In this document: positions 58,168 to 64,000 of the stretch, one piece after another
How the letters are laid out: each line of letters opens with the position of its first letter
Numbering within the stretch: the stretch's first letter is position 1
Assembly: GCA_963664225.1 (NCBI GenBank)
Contig: OY760937.1
Span: forward strand, 480,001 to 544,000
Direction of reading: 5' to 3'
Length of the DNA: 64,000 nucleotides
Origin: Verrucomicrobiia bacterium
GTDB lineage: Bacteria; Verrucomicrobiota; Verrucomicrobiia; Limisphaerales; UBA1319
Program-made: the position numbers and the translations under genes
The notes under the pieces: generated by a model
Database searches by the model: none
What the model was told of the DNA's origin: nothing
The model's input: the letters and a program-made list of their open reading frames with translations, nothing else

Positions 58168-61100
58168 TTATCTCCCGGCGGCCGCGCGGAAAAATTTGTT
58201 GCCCGTCATCGTATTGGTCATGGGGCTTGTGGCGCTGGGCACGTCGGCATAGGGACCTTTGACCACATCAGCCGATTGGAGCCTGCCGGTAAAAGTCAGG
58301 ACAATGGCGGTCTTCTGACGGGTGAATGAGAGCGTGGGTTGCTGCGGCACCAGCGATCGAGCCGTGAAGGCTTTGAGACCTGTTGGATTGGCCGGATCGT
58401 TGAGGAGATACTTTTCCCCGTTTTTCGATGCGACAAACCATTCGCAGCTCGCAGCACCAGTTCCCTGTTCGTAGGTGCAGCGGAATGGATAGACGCCGGC
58501 TTGAGGCACGAGAAAACTAAAGATCGTATCCGAGGCGTTGCGATGTCCGTTGAATTCCGCCAGACGTGGCGTGGGATCGTCCCCCAGGACAGCCGTGACA
58601 CCTTCCGCAAGATGCGTCTTCAGCAAGGCGGCGTCGGCCTTCATCATCATTAAGGCCGGAATCCTTGGGAGATCCATGGGAATACCGGTCATCACGAAGG
58701 GCAGGGCGCCTTCATTGGTGGTTGCATCTCGATCATTGACCATGATCACGGCAACGGCTCCCGCGCGTAATGCGCGATTGAGTTGGAGGGTGAAGCTGTT
58801 GGTGCCGCGATCGATCATTACGATATTGCCTTTGATTTCGTTCGTATTCGTCAATTCCGTTTCCGCCTGATGCGGGAGGGCATAAACGATTTTTGCGGAG
58901 ATGGCGTTGGTGGGCAATGTGAGAGCGATGCCGCCGTTTTCGGCACCGCCCGAGATCGCGCCATACTGGCGTGCGATTGCCGCGGGCGCCACAATCCGGA
59001 CGGCTCCGATGTTCGTGCCCGCCTGTTCGGCCGCCTGCACGCGGAAACCGTCATCGCTGTTAACTCCCATGCGGTAATAACCGGCGGCGGGGAATTCGAT
59101 ATAGGTGACGATTTCCGCCGCGATATCGCCAAAGCCCAGTTCCGTCATGTTACCGCCGCCGATACCGGGCATGCCGGGAATTAATTGATCGGGGTGCGCG
59201 GGAGCGACGAAATTACCCTGTTCGGCGCCGAGGCCTTCGGCGTCACGGTTCCAATTGATTACCGTGTTGTTGAAAGCTCCATTGGTGTCTGCCAGGGAGA
59301 GGTCGGCGCTATTGGTGCCGAACAGACCGAGCAATTGCTGTTCAGTCCAGGTGCTGGCGTTGACCAGGCCGAGGGTTTGGTTTGGATCCGCGCTGGCGGG
59401 CCAGATTTGAAAGATCTTCGCTCGAAACCCGGGTTGGTTGGTGTCGCCAGTGCCGGTGGGAGTTGCCAGATCGAGGGGCAGCACGGGCACGCCGGTTTGG
59501 GCGATAAAGCTCCAGGTATTGGATACGGCGCTTGCGGGTGTGGCCGTGTCCGAATAGAGAATCGTTGCGGTGTTCGTGGAACCTTGTGCAAATAGGTTGG
59601 TCGGAGAATAGAGGACGAAGGTGTTCCCGTTGGTGCGCGTAACCTGGGCCACGACTTTTTTACCGTTGAGGAACAATTGAATCGAGTTGGTGTCCACTGG
59701 TGTCGTGCCATCGGCCAATTCCAGCCAGAGATCGCTATCCAGTCCCACTGAAGCGGCGCCGGGCGTTGGTTTGGCGGCCACCGCATAAGGAGGTTCCGGG
59801 ACGATTAGACGAGCGTAAGCGTTGATGGAACCCCGGAGGTTGGGAACATTGATGGGGACTTTGTAACCATCCGGATTTTGCATGTACCACTCCAGGTTGG
59901 CGTCGCCGCCGCTTTGCCACCAGAGGGCGCGGAAGGGATAAAAACCGGGTTTGGTGACGAGGAATGAAAAGACCGTGTCCGAAGCGCCCAGACCATCGGT
60001 GAACAGGCCCAGGTTCAGGCCGAATGCGTCCCTGGGGGAACTGGCGGTATAAACGGCAAATCCGTCGTCGCAATTGACTCCCATGGTGTAAAGACCTGCT
60101 TTGGGGAACTCCAGGTAACTGACAATTTCCATGGCCATGTTGGCAACGCCATTGGCGGCTGTGTCGATGGAGGGGATGGCCGCGTCCTGAAATTCCGGGG
60201 CCTGGAAATTGCCCACCTGCAATTGCGAGCCTTGATTCACATTGATGCTGTAATTGATGATGGACGATTCCACGTTGGTGGGATTGGTGGCCAGATTGGG
60301 ATAGGGCGCGCCGGTTTCGGAATCCAGGATTTGATTGCTGAGTTGTTGAACGCAGCGATCCAGCGTGGCGGGAAGTTCGGGACCGCCAACCTGGCTGATG
60401 AATTCTGTGAACCCAGGCGCAGTGGTATCGATATTAGTCGAGGTCACAGCGAAGGATTCCGGCACGACCACATAAGGGGCGACGGTCAGCCTGCGCGTGA
60501 GTGTCGTGGTCTGATTGGCGGTGTCAGCAAAGGAGATCTGCACAAGCCTCGAGGCGCCTGCGGCAAGCCAATTGGGCGTCAGATCGTTTTGCACCAAAGT
60601 GACGGAATCCGTGGTGGACACGAGGCTGGGCGCAATGGTTGAACCATTCAGCTTCAAGGCAATCGTGTTGGTTTTGACGGAGGCTCCGGGCACATCCAAC
60701 AGTTCCGCGTAAATGCCCGAAGGCAGGAGTTTCAATACGGAAACGACTGGTGAATTTGCGAGTTGAGTGGCGATTTGGACGTTGTCGATCTGGATTATTT
60801 CATGCGCGCCGCTGGTGCGACCCGCCAGAATCCACCGGCACACTCCCGGGTTAAATCCGGTCTGGAAATTGGTGACAACGGTCGCGCCTTTCCAAACGAC
60901 ATTCAGCACGCCATTTTCATCCAGGTTTACTGCGCATTTGGCCCAGCCCAACAGTTCGCCCGAGCCGGGATTATTCAGGCTTCTGGGACCGGTTTGCAGC
61001 GAAGTGGAATCATTGACGGCGCCGTTTAGTGTCGGCACTGGGAATTGTGCCAGCAGCACATTGTCCACCCGAACGCTGATGCCGATGACGTCGCCCGCTC

Positions 61101-61575
61101 CGCTGTAGGCGCAATCAAATCCAATGCCCAGGCCGGTGGTGGCCCCTTCCTCGGGCATGTTGCGATCGTTTGGGTCGCCCAGATAGGGCCAGACTCCAGC
61201 GCCGCCACTGGAGATATTGGCCAGCGTTGGATCGAAGGGGCGCACGCAGTTGATGCTGAATCCCTGGCCGGGTTCCGATGAGCCGTCGCCGACTCGCGCG
61301 TCCATTGAGAAGGAAAAGGACTTGATCGCCTGTCCATTATCCAGATCGGGAAAGAGAATGGCGCCGCGTTGATCGGTGGTGGCCTCCGTGAGCGATACAA
61401 ATCCACCGGTGACGGGGTTACCTTTGGAAGACTCCCAACGCGCGTTACCGGAGAGAATAACCGAACCGTACGGGTCAACGTCGAAGTCGTAGGTAATGGA
61501 TGCGGCGCCCGCAGTATGGAGCGCGGCGAAGCCTGAAAATACGGCTATCGCAAGTAAACGGAGTTGCTTGTTCAT
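58168..61575 (-). CDS. Large secreted multidomain protein (lectin-like, two PA14-like repeats, PA domain, C-terminal 'FFR' domain)
   Basis: Signal peptide; duplicated Y.EFP.AG.Y.MGVN.DDGF..SDT.FSFLV..G.YPFR block; KGNIVMIDRG..A..AGAVAVIM.N is a PA-domain pattern. Confidence 0.8.
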   Translation of the reverse strand: MNKQLRLLAIAVFSGFAALHTAGAASITYDFDVDPYGSVILSGNARWESSKGNPVTGGFVSLTEATTDQRGAILFPDLDNGQAIKSFSFSMDARVGDGSSEPGQGFSINCVRPFDPTLANISSGGAGVWPYLGDPNDRNMPEEGATTGLGIGFDCAYSGAGDVIGISVRVDNVLLAQFPVPTLNGAVNDSTSLQTGPRSLNNPGSGELLGWAKCAVNLDENGVLNVVWKGATVVTNFQTGFNPGVCRWILAGRTSGAHEIIQIDNVQIATQLANSPVVSVLKLLPSGIYAELLDVPGASVKTNTIALKLNGSTIAPSLVSTTDSVTLVQNDLTPNWLAAGASRLVQISFADTANQTTTLTRRLTVAPYVVVPESFAVTSTNIDTTAPGFTEFISQVGGPELPATLDRCVQQLSNQILDSETGAPYPNLATNPTNVESSIINYSINVNQGSQLQVGNFQAPEFQDAAIPSIDTAANGVANMAMEIVSYLEFPKAGLYTMGVNCDDGFAVYTASSPRDAFGLNLGLFTDGLGASDTVFSFLVTKPGFYPFRALWWQSGGDANLEWYMQNPDGYKVPINVPNLRGSINAYARLIVPEPPYAVAAKPTPGAASVGLDSDLWLELADGTTPVDTNSIQLFLNGKKVVAQVTRTNGNTFVLYSPTNLFAQGSTNTATILYSDTATPASAVSNTWSFIAQTGVPVLPLDLATPTGTGDTNQPGFRAKIFQIWPASADPNQTLGLVNASTWTEQQLLGLFGTNSADLSLADTNGAFNNTVINWNRDAEGLGAEQGNFVAPAHPDQLIPGMPGIGGGNMTELGFGDIAAEIVTYIEFPAAGYYRMGVNSDDGFRVQAAEQAGTNIGAVRIVAPAAIARQYGAISGGAENGGIALTLPTNAISAKIVYALPHQAETELTNTNEIKGNIVMIDRGTNSFTLQLNRALRAGAVAVIMVNDRDATTNEGALPFVMTGIPMDLPRIPALMMMKADAALLKTHLAEGVTAVLGDDPTPRLAEFNGHRNASDTIFSFLVPQAGVYPFRCTYEQGTGAASCEWFVASKNGEKYLLNDPANPTGLKAFTARSLVPQQPTLSFTRQKTAIVLTFTGRLQSADVVKGPYADVPSATSPMTNTMTGNKFFRAAAGR

Positions 61576-61708
61576 TTCATCACTTTCTAATTACACGGCC
61601 CGGCCCGGCCGAAGCATTCGATGGGACGGTCTGACTTAAAAGTAATTATTTGCGCGGAAGCTCCGATTTACAAGCGGAGAATGAGGAGCGGAGAAAGGAA
61701 AAAAAGGC

Positions 61709-62224
61709 TCAGTGCCGCTCGAGCTTGTGCAGATCTTCGAGCAGGAATTGGGCCACATCCTTGAACTTTGGGATGTTGGCGGGGTTAACCTGCATGAGCG
61801 TTTCGTGAGCTTCGAGACTGGTTTTCGAAATGTCGATCCGGGAGGTCGGTGCGGAGGCTGCAGGCGTGTAAGCGGCGGTCGGAGCGGCGCCTGTAACGAT
61901 TTGGAATAGGTGCGCAATGCCCAGATTATCCAATAAATCCGCAACCCGTGGGTTTGGGTTGAGCAGTTGTATGGAGGCCGGTTTTCCTCCATTGGCCACT
62001 TGCACGAGCTTCAGGCTCAATCCGGCGAGCACTCCCACGAAGGTGCTGTCCATGATCAAACAATCGGTCAGGTCCATCACGTATTGACAGAAGCCCTTCC
62101 CATGAAGGCCGTTGACAGCGGCCTTGAAGCCCACGCTCAGGGTAAAGTTCGCCCTTCCGGAGATTTTTAAATAAACCACCGGTTCAGCCACTGCGATCAT
62201 CAGACTGCCTGGCAATACGTTCAT
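61709..62224 (-). CDS. STAS-domain anti-sigma-factor antagonist
   Basis: GRANF..S, MDLTDC..MDSTFVGVL, LL..LG. Confidence 0.88.
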   Translation of the reverse strand: MNVLPGSLMIAVAEPVVYLKISGRANFTLSVGFKAAVNGLHGKGFCQYVMDLTDCLIMDSTFVGVLAGLSLKLVQVANGGKPASIQLLNPNPRVADLLDNLGIAHLFQIVTGAAPTAAYTPAASAPTSRIDISKTSLEAHETLMQVNPANIPKFKDVAQFLLEDLHKLERH

Positions 62225-62369
62225 CTGCGTTTAAACGACAGCCAATATGAAGCCTTGGCCGGACATCGTCAAGGCCATGACTGATGCCAGGGATGCGGGC
62301 ATATTTGCGAGGGATGCGCGCCAAGTTTTTCGATTTGCAAAAGTCAATGCGCCGGACATGCTTCCGGGG

Positions 62370-63230
62370 ATGAAATGTTTTGTTGTGTGTTTTACCTGCT
62401 GGATTTGGTGCGTGAGCGGAGTGTCGGCGGATACGCTGGCTTTTTTCAACACCCCTTTGGGGCAGATGCAGGTGCGCCTGTACGAGAAGGACAAGCCTAT
62501 CACGGTGAAGAATTTTATCCGCTACGTTCAAAGCGGTTCTTATAGAAATATGTTCCTGCACCGTTGCATCCCGGGTTTCGTGGTGCAGGGCGGGGGATTT
62601 ACTGTTGCAGATCCAACCTCCTATTCCGCCTTCGCTTCCTACGTGGGTGTGAAAGATTTTGGGAAAATCACCAATGAATTTGGCGTGGGACCGAAATACA
62701 GCAACACATACGGAACTCTGGCGATGGCCAAAGTGGGGACCGATCCCAACTCCGCCACCACTCAGTGGTTCTTCAATCTAACCAATAACGCGGCGTATCT
62801 CGATATCCAAAACGGAGGGTTCACCGTATTCGGACGGGTGATCTCGGGCACGAATGTATTGGAGGCGTTCAATGCCCTGAGCTATGGGGGAGGGTGGGTG
62901 GATTTAAGGCGTATCTATGGTACAAATGCCTCCACGTCGTTGTTCAGCGCTCTTCCGGTGACTTATTGGGGGCTGACTCCGCCCAATTTCCGGGATTTGA
63001 TGTTTGCGGATATAACTTTGATGACTACACAGGTGGGCATCGTGGATGGGCAAAGTCAGATCACCTGGAATAGCGCGAGCAACAAGGTGAACACGGTCGA
63101 ATTTGCGACGAACACACCGCCAAGTTGGCAGGTGCTGACGTCCGTGACTGGCACAGGTGCCGCGATGAGCGTAACGGACAGTGCGCCGATTTCAGGTTAT
63201 CGAGTTTACCGTGTGCGGGTGAATTTTTAA
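62370..63230 (+). CDS. Secreted cyclophilin-type PPIase with C-terminal 'VYR' domain
   Basis: P.TV.NF..Y, HRCIPGFVVQGGG, GTLAMAK, SATTQWFFN, FTVFGRV. Confidence 0.9.
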   Translation: MKCFVVCFTCWIWCVSGVSADTLAFFNTPLGQMQVRLYEKDKPITVKNFIRYVQSGSYRNMFLHRCIPGFVVQGGGFTVADPTSYSAFASYVGVKDFGKITNEFGVGPKYSNTYGTLAMAKVGTDPNSATTQWFFNLTNNAAYLDIQNGGFTVFGRVISGTNVLEAFNALSYGGGWVDLRRIYGTNASTSLFSALPVTYWGLTPPNFRDLMFADITLMTTQVGIVDGQSQITWNSASNKVNTVEFATNTPPSWQVLTSVTGTGAAMSVTDSAPISGYRVYRVRVNF

Positions 63231-63248
63231 TCCCGAAAGATCATCATA

Positions 63249-64000
63249 ATGGAAAAATTCCGCTGGACGCATTCGCCTAAAACAGGGTTTCAACGATCGA
63301 GAGGCCTCTGCCATTGGGCGGCTGTGGCGAGTGTCATCGCTCTGGGTTTGACCGTTTCCACTAAGGCGGCGGCATCCGAATATGCGGGAGAACCCTACAA
63401 AGGGGCCGATGTCTTTTCGGATACCTGGGTGGCCACGGATGCTTTGGGACGGGTGACGCCGGGACTCGGCGAAGTGGGCGCGATCAAGGCAAATAAGCAT
63501 GTGGGGATTTTCTATTGGACCTGGCACCATCCTCAGAATGAGGGGCCCAACGATAATACGAAAATTCTGGCGACAGCGAAGGACGGGCGCGTGGATTGGC
63601 CCAAGAATGGCGCGCCATACCATTGGGGTGAGCCGGAATTGGGTTATTACGTGATGACCGATCCGTTCGTCATTCGCAAGCACGCGAGCATGCTCGTGGA
63701 TGCCGGTGTGGACGTGGTGATCTTCGATACCACGAATCCGCCCTTTACCTTCAAGGAGGAGTATGAGGCGCTTTGCCGTGAATATGCCGCCATGCGCCTG
63801 GAGGGAGCGCGCACCCCGTCCATTGCGTTTATTGGGCCGTTCGGTGATCCGCGTCCGGTAACCGATCAGCTCTGGCGGGATTTGTATCAACCGGGCAAGT
63901 GGAGCGATCTGTGGTTTCGCTGGGAGAACAAGCCCCTGCTTTTGGCGGACAGGCAATACATCAAGACACAGGGGATGCTGGATTTTTTCACCTTCCGCCG
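63249..64000 (+). CDS. Secreted glycoside hydrolase-like TIM barrel (GH99/GH71-like), 3' end outside the window
   Basis: Manual translation: signal segment, DTWVATDALGR, VGIFYWTWH, HWGEPELGYY...D..VIRKHA.ML.DAGVD...FDTTN; open to the edge. Confidence 0.75.
   Translation, partial: MEKFRWTHSPKTGFQRSRGLCHWAAVASVIALGLTVSTKAAASEYAGEPYKGADVFSDTWVATDALGRVTPGLGEVGAIKANKHVGIFYWTWHHPQNEGPNDNTKILATAKDGRVDWPKNGAPYHWGEPELGYYVMTDPFVIRKHASMLVDAGVDVVIFDTTNPPFTFKEEYEALCREYAAMRLEGARTPSIAFIGPFGDPRPVTDQLWRDLYQPGKWSDLWFRWENKPLLLADRQYIKTQGMLDFFTFR

Overview
A 64-kb bacterial chromosome segment. Protein style (prepilin/H-X9-DG proteins, C-terminal 'FYR' domains, PVC-type short repeats) suggests a Verrucomicrobiota, probably Limisphaerales/Pedosphaera-like, host (inference). 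Core blocks: partial GspE/PilB ATPase; uvrB; rpoD-purN-hisG-bS22-like-TPR-DUF2203; rpmE-prfA-HAD; tatA-tatC; a glycosyltransferase cluster including a STELLO/DUF288 protein; rpsP-khpA-trmD-rplS-rnhB-yraN; a large 2-hydroxyacyl-CoA dehydratase activase fusion; and several secreted enzymes. Accessory hot spots: 6.4-8.4 kb (small cassette-like ORFs), 19.4-20.9 kb (orphan antitoxin, truncated RhuM) and 25.6-36.9 kb. The last holds an 85-bp tandem palindromic repeat array; a complete 1738-bp IS whose AbrB-like ORF appears fused to a DDE transposase by a -1 frameshift and which has duplicated a whole 19-bp hairpin target; a 198-bp MITE; three copies of a ~150-175-bp att-like non-coding repeat; and a Gabija-type defence pair. 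No rRNA, tRNA or CRISPR array was recognised. All calls come from reading the sequence; no searches were run.
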